Assembly: GCA_964410935.1 (NCBI GenBank)
Contig: CAYPIZ010000003.1
Span: forward strand, 1-26,392
DNA: 26,392 bases
Reading direction: 5' to 3'
DNA from: an uncultured Acetobacter sp.
GTDB lineage: Bacteria > Pseudomonadota > Alphaproteobacteria > RF32 > CAG-239
How positions within the stretch are numbered: the stretch's first letter is position 1; the number at the start of each line of letters is the position of its first letter. The notes below the pieces were generated by a model. It was not told where the DNA came from and searched no databases. It saw only the letters and a list, made by a program, of their open reading frames with translations. The position numbers and the translations under genes were made by a program. Below, piece after piece: positions 9,125 to 18,021 of the stretch.

Positions 9125-9418
9125 ATGACAACAGTTACTCGTGCCGATATCGCAGAAAATATTTGCGAAGAAGTTGGTTTATCCCGCAAAGATGCAGGAG
9201 ATATTTTGGATATGGTTGTTGATGAAATGAAGAATGAACTCGTTTCCGGCCGTGATGTTAAAATATCTACATTTGGTTCTTTTCTCTTGAAGCGTAAAAA
9301 CGCTCGCATCGGTCGCAATCCGAAGACAGGCGTTGAAGCAGAAATTACACCACGGACAGTTATTTCTTTCCGTCCTTCTCAAACTTTGAAAGTTTCTGCA
9401 AATAAAGCTGCCGAATAA
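9125..9418 (+). CDS. ihfA: Integration host factor subunit alpha
   Basis: TVTRADIAE, VKISTFGSF, RIGRNPKTGVEAEITPRTVISFRPS. Canonical position after fabH. Confidence 0.93.
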   Translation: MTTVTRADIAENICEEVGLSRKDAGDILDMVVDEMKNELVSGRDVKISTFGSFLLKRKNARIGRNPKTGVEAEITPRTVISFRPSQTLKVSANKAAE

Positions 9419-9438
9419 GTTGCTTTGATGAAAATTAT

Positions 9439-9470
9439 GGGCGGAAGGGCTTTTTCTTTCCGTCCTTTTT
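9439..9470 (+). terminator. Intrinsic terminator after ihfA
   Basis: GGGCGGAAGG / CTTTCCGTCC 10-bp stem (two G-U pairs) followed by TTTTT. Confidence 0.7.
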
Positions 9471-9488
9471 AAAATGTAGGAGGAAAAT

Positions 9489-9875
9489 ATGGGGATTAAT
9501 AAATCAAAATCCGCATTCAGGAGTATTGCTGAAGTTACCGAAGAGCTGGGAATAGCTTCGCATGTGTTGCGCTTTTGGGAAACAAAGTTTGAACAAATTA
9601 AGCCGATGAAGACCAAAAGTTCCAGACGTTATTACAGACCGGATGACGTGGCTTTATTGGCTTTAATCAAAGATTTGTTGTACACTAAACGTTACACCAT
9701 TGAAGGCGTACAGAAACTCTTTAATAACAGAACACAGAAGGATATATTGGGGACGGAAATTCAAAAAGACTTTTTTGAAGATGAAGAGCCTGTTTTACCT
9801 TTTGATGAGAAATTGAAAAATGCCATTCATCGTTTGGAACAGATTAAAACGGATTTAATAACACTGGCACAATGA
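9489..9875 (+). CDS. MerR-family HTH transcriptional regulator (conserved ihfA-linked type)
   Basis: [37 protein letters not shown]...RRYYRPDDV...[14 protein letters not shown]. Confidence 0.92.
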   Translation: MGINKSKSAFRSIAEVTEELGIASHVLRFWETKFEQIKPMKTKSSRRYYRPDDVALLALIKDLLYTKRYTIEGVQKLFNNRTQKDILGTEIQKDFFEDEEPVLPFDEKLKNAIHRLEQIKTDLITLAQ

Positions 9876-9888
9876 GGTAGGCAAGTAA

Positions 9889-10101
9889 ATGAGTGATGCA
9901 ACTGAAAATCGTTTTATAGATATTGAGATGGCTTTATCGAATCTGGAGCGTATGGTAGAAGATTTGAATGAAGTTATTATCAAACAAGGAAAAGATATCG
10001 CTTTTTTACAAAAACAAAATCATTACTTAACCGAAGCTTTTCGCAATTCGCAAAGTGTGGTTAAACCGGAAGAAGAGGAAGTTCCTCCCCCACACTATTG
10101 A
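9889..10101 (+). CDS. slyX: SlyX family protein
   Basis: 70-aa coiled coil (ENRFIDIEMALSNLERMVEDLNEVII.Q) with the diagnostic C-terminal PPHY. Confidence 0.88.
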   Translation: MSDATENRFIDIEMALSNLERMVEDLNEVIIKQGKDIAFLQKQNHYLTEAFRNSQSVVKPEEEEVPPPHY

Positions 10102-10808
10102 TAGATATACAGTTCTTGCCCGTTTTTGGTAAGCCATTCCCTACCCTTTTCAGCATCTTCGTCTAAAAAGTCAACCAGTGCCCAAAAGTATGCTGAATGA
10201 TCTTGGTGTTTAAGGTGAGATACTTCATGGGCAACAATGTATCGTATAACAAACTCCGGCGCCAAGGCTAATCGCCAGCTATAGTTAATATTATTCAGGG
10301 TTGAACAACTGGCCCAACGTGATTTTGTATCTTTAATGCAAACATTATGTACGGTTTTACCGATTTTATCGGCGGTTTCTATTGAACGTTTGGTAAATTC
10401 TTCCTGCGCCATTTTTTTGATAAAATCTTTTACCCGACGATGTAGAAATTCTACTCCACCTGAAATATAAAGAACGTGATTTTTCTTATCCAACCAAGTG
10501 TTACCCCGAATCGAAGTGTGTTCTATCCGATATTCTTTACCAAACAAACTGATAACATCATTGTTTTTGAATTTTCTGAGTTTAGGCATACTTTTGAGAT
10601 TTTCTAAGACCCACTTTTGATGATCCTCTACAAAAGACATTGCCTTCTTTTTTGAGCAGTATTTCGGAATTGTCAGAACGGCAATACGATCTTTTTTATC
10701 TATACGCAGACTAAGTCGGCAGGACCGAGCCGAATGAATAACTTTCATATCAAAGCCAAAATCAGACTTTATTTCAAAGGTCTTTCCACTTAACAATGTG
10801 ATTTTCAT
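10095..10808 (-). CDS. M48/YgjP-like (DUF45) zinc metallopeptidase
   Basis: IKDTKSRWASCS, INYSWRLALAPEFVIRYIVAHEVSHLKHQDHSAYFW (HExxH). Confidence 0.9.
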   Translation of the reverse strand: MKITLLSGKTFEIKSDFGFDMKVIHSARSCRLSLRIDKKDRIAVLTIPKYCSKKKAMSFVEDHQKWVLENLKSMPKLRKFKNNDVISLFGKEYRIEHTSIRGNTWLDKKNHVLYISGGVEFLHRRVKDFIKKMAQEEFTKRSIETADKIGKTVHNVCIKDTKSRWASCSTLNNINYSWRLALAPEFVIRYIVAHEVSHLKHQDHSAYFWALVDFLDEDAEKGREWLTKNGQELYIYQ

Positions 10809-11286
10809 AATCCAAAACCTCGGACTCGTTGATTAACTCACGCCCTTTTAGGGAAACCCCAGCGGTGTGTACCGAAGAAGCCTGTTTTGTCTTTAAAGGA
10901 TGCCAATCGGGTAAATCCTTTCCCTCATCAAGCAAAACATAAGCACAAGTCTTGGGCAACCAACGCGGTTTTTCTCTCACGGCAGCGATGGTTATATCAC
11001 GACAATCGTTAACTTTTTGAAAACGATGAGAATAAATTTTGCACAGACAGGTTTTTACATCTAAAAAACGGCAATAGGTATTGGTAAAACAGATTTTTCC
11101 TTTAATTTCTAATTTATTTAAACAGCATTTACCACATCCGTCACACAAAAGCTCCCATTCTTCTTTTGTCATCTGGTCCAAGGACTTTTTCTTCCAAAAT
11201 TCCGGTAAGATATGGTCTAAATTTGCATATCGGCTTTCAGGATCATAATTTTCTTCAAGGACATAATCGGCAGTATCTTCAGACAT
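10774..11286 (-). CDS. ycgN: YcgN family cysteine-cluster protein (copy 2, longer)
   Basis: Start ATG 11286 overlaps the upstream stop (TAATG) with RBS GGAGG. EWELLCDGCGKCCLNK, CRFLD..TCLCKIY..R, WLPKTCAY, LPDWHPL. Confidence 0.88.
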   Translation of the reverse strand: MSEDTADYVLEENYDPESRYANLDHILPEFWKKKSLDQMTKEEWELLCDGCGKCCLNKLEIKGKICFTNTYCRFLDVKTCLCKIYSHRFQKVNDCRDITIAAVREKPRWLPKTCAYVLLDEGKDLPDWHPLKTKQASSVHTAGVSLKGRELINESEVLDYENHIVKWKDL

Positions 11287-11654
11287 TATAAATCCTCCCA
11301 ATCAACGATATGATCTTCCAACTCCTCTTCACTGACAGCATTTTCCGAGACAACTCTTCCTTTTATAGTCGTTTGTATGGGATTTTTCTGTTGTTCAAAG
11401 AGTTCACGATAAGCACATGTACGCGGCATCCACTGAATTTTATCAACATTTTCTTTATCCAACTTTAAGCAGGTCGGAACTAACTCACAACGCCTGTCAT
11501 AAACGCTACAACACATTTTTTCTTCATCAAAATACTGACAAACGACATCTGTATAATAAATATCGCCGGTGTTCTCGTCTTCTAATTTAATGAGACAACA
11601 TTTACCACAATGACGACAGATCTTTTCCCATTCTTCTGAAGATAATTTTTTCAT
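11286..11654 (-). CDS. ycgN: YcgN family cysteine-cluster protein (copy 1, short)
   Basis: Start ATG 11654, 1 nt after the dnaB stop. EEWEKICRHCGKCCLIKLED, CQYFD...CSVYDRR....TC, WMPRTCAYR. Confidence 0.88.
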   Translation of the reverse strand: MKKLSSEEWEKICRHCGKCCLIKLEDENTGDIYYTDVVCQYFDEEKMCCSVYDRRCELVPTCLKLDKENVDKIQWMPRTCAYRELFEQQKNPIQTTIKGRVVSENAVSEEELEDHIVDWEDL

Positions 11655-11655
11655 C

Positions 11656-13131
11656 TTATCCCCGCTGCTCCGGTAGATGATCATCCCGTTCAAAATTGTT
11701 AAACCGAGCAAACTCGCCACTCCAGAACAACTTAATCGTACCGGTTGAACCATGACGATGTTTACCGATAATCAATTCACCAATATTGGCGGTTTCTTTA
11801 TCTTTTTTCATCCATTCTTCCATCTTTTTAGTAAACTTTTCATCACTTTCACCTACACCTTGTTTCGGTTCGGCATTGTGAATATAATAGTTTTCACGGA
11901 AAACAAACATTACAATATCTGCATCTTGCTCAATAGAACCGGATTCACGCAAATCCGACATTAACGGTCTTTTATCATCTCTGCTTTCCAAGCCACGATT
12001 TAATTGTGACAGAGCGATAACCGGAACTTTAAGTTCTTTAGCTAACATTTTCAAACCACGGGATATTTCTGAAACTTCTTGCACACGGTTACCTTCATTT
12101 CTTTTATCTCCGGTACCTTGAATCAATTGAATATAGTCAATGATAATCAATCCGAGACCGTTGGTTCTTTTCAAACGTCTGGCCCGCGTTCTAATTGTGT
12201 TTATATTAATACCTGCCGTATCATCTATGTATATAGGGAAATCCTGATGCTCACGAACGGCAGCGGCAATACGGGTAAACTGTCCAACATCCAAATCACC
12301 GGTTCGTATTTTATTTCCAGGGGTTTCAGTAGCTGCGGAAAGAATACGGGCTGCCAATTGTTCAGACGACATTTCCAGTGAAAAGATCGCAACACCGTTA
12401 TTATGAGGATCAATTTTATCACGAGATCGATGCATGTATTCAGCCGCATTATACGCAATATTGATGGCGAGGGCCGTTTTTCCCATAGCCGGACGCCCGG
12501 CAATAATAATTAAGTCCGAGTCATTCAAACCACCGGTGCGATAATCCAGTTCCGTAAACCCGGTCGGAATACCGGAAAGCTTTCCTTCTTTCTGACAGGC
12601 TCTTTCTACATCTTGAAGAGTTGAGGTTAAAACTGTTCCGAAATTTTGAAAACCTTTTTGCCCGTCGCCATGCATTGCCAGATCAAACAACCTTTTTTCT
12701 GCATTTTCAATTTGCGTAGATGTCGGATTCTCAAGATCTTCCACCAATGCTTCACTTGCGATATCATATCCGGTTGCAATCAACTCTCTACGGAGATATT
12801 TATCATAAATAAACTGGGCATAATATTCTATGGAAGTTAATGGAGATGACGACTCGGCTAATTTTACCAAATAAGAAATGCCACCAACTTCATTCAATGA
12901 TCCTTCTTGCTCAAAATAATTTTTTAGGGTTATCACGTCTGCAACATGGCCTTTTTGAATAAGACGAGAAATAACGTCATAAACCTTGGCATGAATCGGA
13001 TCTGAAAAATGCTCTGCTCGTAAAAATTCGGATACTTTTTCATAAGCCTTATTATTTGCCAGAAGTGCTCCCAACAACGCCTGTTCTGCTTCAATATTAC
13101 GGGGCAACTTTGTTACATCCAATTCTTCCAT
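11656..13131 (-). CDS. dnaB: Replicative DNA helicase
   Basis: PRNIEAEQALLGALL, Walker A AGRPAMGKT, FSLEMS, IIIDYIQLI, PVIALSQLNR, DLRESGSIEQDAD, KHRHGSTG. Confidence 0.98.
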   Translation of the reverse strand: MEELDVTKLPRNIEAEQALLGALLANNKAYEKVSEFLRAEHFSDPIHAKVYDVISRLIQKGHVADVITLKNYFEQEGSLNEVGGISYLVKLAESSSPLTSIEYYAQFIYDKYLRRELIATGYDIASEALVEDLENPTSTQIENAEKRLFDLAMHGDGQKGFQNFGTVLTSTLQDVERACQKEGKLSGIPTGFTELDYRTGGLNDSDLIIIAGRPAMGKTALAINIAYNAAEYMHRSRDKIDPHNNGVAIFSLEMSSEQLAARILSAATETPGNKIRTGDLDVGQFTRIAAAVREHQDFPIYIDDTAGININTIRTRARRLKRTNGLGLIIIDYIQLIQGTGDKRNEGNRVQEVSEISRGLKMLAKELKVPVIALSQLNRGLESRDDKRPLMSDLRESGSIEQDADIVMFVFRENYYIHNAEPKQGVGESDEKFTKKMEEWMKKDKETANIGELIIGKHRHGSTGTIKLFWSGEFARFNNFERDDHLPEQRG

Positions 13132-13215
13132 AGTCCAAAATCCTTTAAAATTTTAAATTCTTTCCTTATGTTATGGCGCAAAAGTTTTTAGAGTGCATCA
13201 AAATCCTGATGAAGT

Positions 13216-13233
13216 TGTGGATTGTGTGGATAA
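13216..13233 (-). promoter_or_regulatory. DnaA box (perfect) plus an abutting degenerate box upstream of dnaB
   Basis: TGTGGATAA at 13225-13233 is TTATCCACA on the - strand. TGTGGATTG at 13216-13224 has 2 mismatches. Confidence 0.6.
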
Positions 13234-13306
13234 AACCTCCAACCTCTTTTATTTTAAGGGATAATGTGTTAGAAATGTGTGAGTTTTAATTATTACGGAG
13301 AGAAAC

Positions 13307-14275
13307 GTGCCTAAAAAAATTTTGATTATCGGCGGAGCCGGTTATATTGGAAGCCATGTCCAAAAGCAATTTTTGGAAGAAGGCTATAGCGTGTTGGTTT
13401 TTGATAATCTTTCCAGCGGTAATCGTTGTAATCTGTTTTCTGAAGCGGATTTTATTGAAGGTAATATTTTGGATAAAAAAGCTCTCGATTTTGCGATGAG
13501 TCAAAATATTGACGGGGTTATTCATCTGGCAGCAAAAAAAGCTGTCGGCGAATCGATGGAAAAGCCTGAAATTTATGCAGAAAATAATATTACCGGAGCT
13601 TTGAATATACTAAATGCAATGAGCGCAAATAACGTAAAGCACATTGTATTTTCATCATCTGCGGCCGTATACGGAATGCCTCAATATGTTCCGTTGGATG
13701 AGAAACACCCTATTTCCCCGATTAACTACTATGGATACACAAAACGCTGTATTGAAGAAAATATGGATTGGTTTTCCCGTTTAGGGAGGTTAAATTATGC
13801 GGCTTTACGTTATTTTAATGCGGTTGGGTATGCCGCAGATAAGTCTATTATCGGAAGGGAAAAAAATCCGCAGAATCTTTTGCCGATTATAATGGAAGCT
13901 GCAACCGGGAAACGGGACGGTTTTGCCATTTTCGGTCATGATTATGACACTCCGGACGGAACATGCGTGCGTGATTACATACACGTCTCAGATTTAGCCA
14001 TGGCACATACGACCGCCATGCGCTATCTTATGGAGCATAACACTTCGTTGACCGTTAATTTGGGAACGGGAAAAGGAACAAGTGTTCAAGAAATAGTTGA
14101 TGCAACTGAAAAAGTAATTGGCAAAAAACTAAAATACTCTTATGCTCCTCGGAGAGCCGGAGATCCGGCAACACTTACGGCCAAAGCAGACAAAGCCTTT
14201 GAACTTTTGGGCTGGAAACCGCAGTACACCGATGTGGAAGAAATTATCCGCACGGTTTGGAATTTGGAAATTTAA
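13307..14275 (+). CDS. galE: UDP-glucose 4-epimerase
   Basis: GTG start with RBS GGAG. GGAGYIGSH, HLAAKKAVGES, FSSSAAVYG, YGYTK, LRYFN, DGTCVRDYIHVSDLA, RRAGDPA. Confidence 0.95.
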   Translation: MPKKILIIGGAGYIGSHVQKQFLEEGYSVLVFDNLSSGNRCNLFSEADFIEGNILDKKALDFAMSQNIDGVIHLAAKKAVGESMEKPEIYAENNITGALNILNAMSANNVKHIVFSSSAAVYGMPQYVPLDEKHPISPINYYGYTKRCIEENMDWFSRLGRLNYAALRYFNAVGYAADKSIIGREKNPQNLLPIIMEAATGKRDGFAIFGHDYDTPDGTCVRDYIHVSDLAMAHTTAMRYLMEHNTSLTVNLGTGKGTSVQEIVDATEKVIGKKLKYSYAPRRAGDPATLTAKADKAFELLGWKPQYTDVEEIIRTVWNLEI

Positions 14276-14292
14276 TTGAAATGGATTGAAAA

Positions 14293-15270
14293 ATGTTAGA
14301 GCATTTACAATATTTATTTACGCATCATGTTGTTTTATCTCAAAATCTCATGTGGTTTTGTTTTGCAATTGCCGTGATGGTATTACTGTTTTTGGACTTA
14401 TTCGTATTTAACCGTAAAAATGAAGTTCCAAGTTTTGCACATACTTTATGGGTTTGTGTTGCTTATATCGGAGCCGGTTTATTATTTGGCGTATTTGTTT
14501 GGTATGAAGAGGGTGCTAAAAAAGGGATGGAATATTTTACGGGATTTTTAGTAGAAAAAAGCCTGTCAATGGATAATATTTTCGTAATGTCCCTTATATT
14601 TTCCAGCTTATATGTTCCGCGGATTTACCAACACAGAGTTCTTTTCTGGGGAATCTTAGGAGCAATCGTTATGAGAGCTTTGCTTATCGGTGTCGGGGAA
14701 GTTTTGATTGCTAATTTCCATTGGGTTCTTTACATTTTCTCCGCTTTTTTAATTTATACCGGGGCAAAGATTTTTGTACACAATCAAGATGAAGATGATG
14801 AGGAAGACGAGGAAAAAATCAAAAACAGTCGTGTTTACAGAACGATTGAGAAGTATTTTCCCGTAACACATAAAATTGACGGTCCGCACTTTATCACAAA
14901 GATTGATGGGAAACATTACATCACTCCGCTTTTGTTTGCCTTAATCACAATTGAAATCATGGATGTTGTTTTTGCGCTAGACAGTATTCCGGCTATTTTC
15001 TTGCTGACGGATGACGTGTTTGTGGTTTACACGAGCAATATTTTTGCCATTTTAGGATTAAGAGCTTTATACTTTTTGCTAGAAGCAGCCGTGCACCGCT
15101 TTGTTTATCTGCAAAAAGCATTGTCCATCGTCCTCATTTTTATCGGAATTAAAATCTTCCTACCCATGATTGGCATTGAATTACAAACATGGCATTCTTT
15201 AACAATAACTTTCAGTTTATTGTTTGGAAGTATTTTCCTTTCACTAATCAAAGAGAAAGAACAGGCTTAA
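14293..15270 (+). CDS. terC: TerC/Alx family metal homeostasis membrane protein
   Basis: GFLVEKSLSMDNIFV, QHRVLFWGILGAIVMR, DVVFALDSIPAI, VYTSNIFAILGLRALYF. Confidence 0.92.
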   Translation: MLEHLQYLFTHHVVLSQNLMWFCFAIAVMVLLFLDLFVFNRKNEVPSFAHTLWVCVAYIGAGLLFGVFVWYEEGAKKGMEYFTGFLVEKSLSMDNIFVMSLIFSSLYVPRIYQHRVLFWGILGAIVMRALLIGVGEVLIANFHWVLYIFSAFLIYTGAKIFVHNQDEDDEEDEEKIKNSRVYRTIEKYFPVTHKIDGPHFITKIDGKHYITPLLFALITIEIMDVVFALDSIPAIFLLTDDVFVVYTSNIFAILGLRALYFLLEAAVHRFVYLQKALSIVLIFIGIKIFLPMIGIELQTWHSLTITFSLLFGSIFLSLIKEKEQA

Positions 15271-15274
15271 TTTT

Positions 15275-15298
15275 AAGGGGGATAATCTCCCCCTTTTT
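15275..15298 (+). terminator. Intrinsic terminator after terC
   Basis: AAGGGGGA-TAATC-TCCCCCTT followed by a T-run. Confidence 0.75.
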
Positions 15299-15308
15299 AG
15301 GATATACA

Positions 15309-16787
15309 ATGAAACAGACAACTCTTTTTAAGCTCACCTATTTTTATCTTGCCTTGCCGCTTTTGATTTTTTGCGCCATGTGGCTGGACTATGGCATTGC
15401 CGGTATTGCACTTTTACTCTTGGGATATGCTTTGTGGATGAGTGTCAAAGATATATCTGAAGAAAAAGGAATCCCTTGCTCGGCTTGTGGGTTATATACT
15501 CTCTTTCTCATAGCATTACTTTGGTGTTTCTTAGCGGGAATCGGATATTTTTATTATCAATCCAACGATTATCATTTTCGGAATGCGGTTTTTCGGGATT
15601 TGATTTTTAAAGAGTGGCCGGTGTTTTATAAAAATGCCGACACACCGATGGTCTATTATATGGGTTTTTGGCTTTTCCCGGCTTTAGCAACAAAGATCTG
15701 TTCTTTCTTGATTACTAACACTTCTGTACTGTTTCTTTTGGGAAATTTAATTTTGCTTTTCTATGCGACTTGCGGGGTATGGCTTATTTTTATTCATTTA
15801 TCCCTTGCTGTAAAAAGCACAGATATGAAACAGATTCTTTGGGCAATACTCCTTTTTATCTTCTTTTCCGGGGCGGATATTATCGGCAATCAGTTTTTCA
15901 GCACAAGTATTCCCCCTTTTGATCATCACTTGGAATGGTGGTCAATTCCACTGCAATATTCCTCATTTACGACAGAGATGTTTTGGGTATTCAACCAGTT
16001 TATCCCAATTACCCTCATTACTCTTTTGACATATAATCAGCGAAAAATCAGGATATTTGGTTTATTAGGAGCATTTTCTTTTTTTGCCTCGCCTTATCCG
16101 ACAGCCGGACTTGCCGTTTTGATGCTTGCCTATGCCGGAAGTGAATTCTATAAAAGCAAAAATAAAATTTTATTTTTAAAAAAGGAGATTTTCTCTTCGG
16201 TTAATCTTGTCAGCTTATTTTTCTTAGGTCTTATTTTCAGCTATTTTATCACAAATTCCAACGGGATAGATCGTTTTACCCTTATTTTTGAAGATGTTTC
16301 TTTCAAACAATGGCTGATTTTTATTCTGTTGGAATTTGGGTTATATGGCATAGTGTTGCTTACCGTAATGAAAAAGGATGTGTTTTTTATTACGTCTTTG
16401 GTAGAATTAGTCCTTATTTCTCTATTACGTTTGGATGTACACAATAATTTTTGCATGCGGGCTTCTCTTCCGGCTTTAGTTATTCTGGCAATATCGGTTA
16501 TTAATTTTCTGATACACTCCTCTTTGCAAAAGCAATGGTTGCCCAAAAGCCTTTTGATCATTTTGTTTTTATATGGTATTGCAACCCCAGAAATGGAGTT
16601 TTATCGCAGTTTTTATTATATTCACAAAGAAAAAAAATTGAATGTGGTTTCTGACGGTATTTATACGCTAGATAAAAAATATGTTCTCATTCCTCCATAT
16701 AACGCGCTTATCAATAATCAGTTTACTGCAAAAAACTATAAGACAGATTTCTTTTGGCAAGTTCTTAGTCGAAAGATTGATTACTGA
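15309..16787 (+). CDS. Polytopic membrane protein, putative GT-C-like surface-glycan modification enzyme
   Basis: Start ATG 15309 preferred (RBS AGGA, after the terC terminator). Many hydrophobic helices, with a loop NDYHFRNAVFRDL..WPV...YYMGFW after the N-terminal TMs. The GT-C assignment is inferred from topology only. Confidence 0.6.
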   Translation: MKQTTLFKLTYFYLALPLLIFCAMWLDYGIAGIALLLLGYALWMSVKDISEEKGIPCSACGLYTLFLIALLWCFLAGIGYFYYQSNDYHFRNAVFRDLIFKEWPVFYKNADTPMVYYMGFWLFPALATKICSFLITNTSVLFLLGNLILLFYATCGVWLIFIHLSLAVKSTDMKQILWAILLFIFFSGADIIGNQFFSTSIPPFDHHLEWWSIPLQYSSFTTEMFWVFNQFIPITLITLLTYNQRKIRIFGLLGAFSFFASPYPTAGLAVLMLAYAGSEFYKSKNKILFLKKEIFSSVNLVSLFFLGLIFSYFITNSNGIDRFTLIFEDVSFKQWLIFILLEFGLYGIVLLTVMKKDVFFITSLVELVLISLLRLDVHNNFCMRASLPALVILAISVINFLIHSSLQKQWLPKSLLIILFLYGIATPEMEFYRSFYYIHKEKKLNVVSDGIYTLDKKYVLIPPYNALINNQFTAKNYKTDFFWQVLSRKIDY

Positions 16788-16804
16788 TAAATTCCAAAAA
16801 AGAT

Positions 16805-16832
16805 TTGACTTTATATCGGCTTTGGAGATAAT
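16805..16832 (+). promoter_or_regulatory. Putative sigma70 promoter for the 16863/17415 gene pair
   Basis: TTGACT (16805-16810)-N16-GATAAT (16827-16832). Confidence 0.4.
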
Positions 16833-16862
16833 AAATTCAGTTTTTATAAGAGAGGAACAAAA

Positions 16863-17396
16863 ATGTTTGCTTTATTTATCTTAGCGTTTGTTTTGGTTAG
16901 CGTAAAAGCTTGGGCTAATCCGGCTTGTGCCGTTTGCACGGTGGCCGTTGGTGCATCTTTGGAAATTGCTCGCCGCATGGGGGTTGATGACGGTGTTGTC
17001 GGTGTGTGGGCCGGTGCATTTTTACTGCTTATCGGTTACTGGACATTGAAATGGATGGATAAAAAGGGATGGTATTTTACCGGTAGGGATTTTATTGTTT
17101 TGACTTTATCCGTTCTGATGATTTTATTTATGTATATCTCTCAATTAACGTACAGTCCTAAAGCTATTTTGATTTTTTGGATTGATCCGTTTTTATTTGC
17201 TACGATTGTCGGGGCCTTGGTTTTGCATTATTCATCGGAATTTTATCAATGGATGAAACGTCATAATGGCGGACATGCACATTTTCCGTTTGAGAAAGTC
17301 GTTGTTCCGGTAGCAGCCTTATGTTTGACGGCGTGGTTGTTTTCTTATTTAGAACTTTGCCGTGCTGCACCTCAGTTTGATTTGAGTGAATTTTAA
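16863..17396 (+). CDS. Uncharacterised membrane protein with a signal peptide and N-terminal CxxC
   Basis: RBS GAGGA. Signal-like MFALFILAFVLVSVKAWA, then NPACAVC, GVDDGVVGVWAG, about 4 further TM helices and HFPFEKVVVP. Confidence 0.8.
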   Translation: MFALFILAFVLVSVKAWANPACAVCTVAVGASLEIARRMGVDDGVVGVWAGAFLLLIGYWTLKWMDKKGWYFTGRDFIVLTLSVLMILFMYISQLTYSPKAILIFWIDPFLFATIVGALVLHYSSEFYQWMKRHNGGHAHFPFEKVVVPVAALCLTAWLFSYLELCRAAPQFDLSEF

Positions 17397-17414
17397 TTTA
17401 TAGAGGATGATAAA

Positions 17415-17999
17415 ATGAAAAAAGCTGAAAATATTAAAGAGTTTGTGGAACGTATTGATGCAACAAAGAAGGTTAATCCTAAAGATTTATCTTCCGACCA
17501 GGATTTGACAATTGCCATCATGAACTTGATTTCTATTGAAGAACATTTGATTTTTTCCGGGGCTAAGACAGGGAAAAATTCTTTTTATGATTTAATTGAA
17601 GAAGTCCGTGAAACACGTAAAAAACTAATGCTCAAAATTATCCCTAGCTATGAAGGAGAAGTATGGTGTATTTCTAAGCACCTATTAGCCAGTTCCATGC
17701 GTTTAATGGAAGTAGGAACAAAGCAACAAAGTTTGGGTAATAAGGAACAGGCGTACGACCTTTTCAATAAAGCATACGATCTTTATTGTCTGTTCTGGGG
17801 ACTGAACATGAATATGATCAACGCTGCAGACATGAAATGGCTTGAAGATAGCTTGGAAGATGTAAAGAAAATCAGCGAAAAGGTAAATGCTTCAACTGTT
17901 GTAACAACAGAACCGCAACCAGCCACCGAAGAACCTAAAAGCGGTTTTGCCAAGATGAAAGCCTTTGTGCGTAAAGCCGTTGATTGTTGCATTGAATAA
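17415..17999 (+). CDS. Uncharacterised soluble helical protein with EEH and WCISKH motifs and a C-terminal CC
   Basis: RBS GAGGA, 18 nt after the upstream stop. NLISIEEH, EVWCISKHLL, ends VDCCIE. Confidence 0.82.
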   Translation: MKKAENIKEFVERIDATKKVNPKDLSSDQDLTIAIMNLISIEEHLIFSGAKTGKNSFYDLIEEVRETRKKLMLKIIPSYEGEVWCISKHLLASSMRLMEVGTKQQSLGNKEQAYDLFNKAYDLYCLFWGLNMNMINAADMKWLEDSLEDVKKISEKVNASTVVTTEPQPATEEPKSGFAKMKAFVRKAVDCCIE

Positions 18000-18021
18000 T
18001 TTTTGCAATTATCTCTAAATC

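Noticed and set aside
9876-9888. tRNA-Pro that often follows ihfA-merR in Alphaproteobacteria
   Set aside because: Only 13 nt before slyX. No tRNA cloverleaf or T-arm (GTTCGAATC-like) motif seen here or elsewhere in the window.
13132-13306. Replication origin (oriC)
   Set aside because: Only one perfect DnaA box in a 175-bp gap, with no box array or clear DUE repeats. Treated as a promoter element.
14276-14292. yybP-ykoY (Mn) riboswitch ahead of terC
   Set aside because: The intergenic gap is only 17 nt, so terC is co-transcribed with galE.
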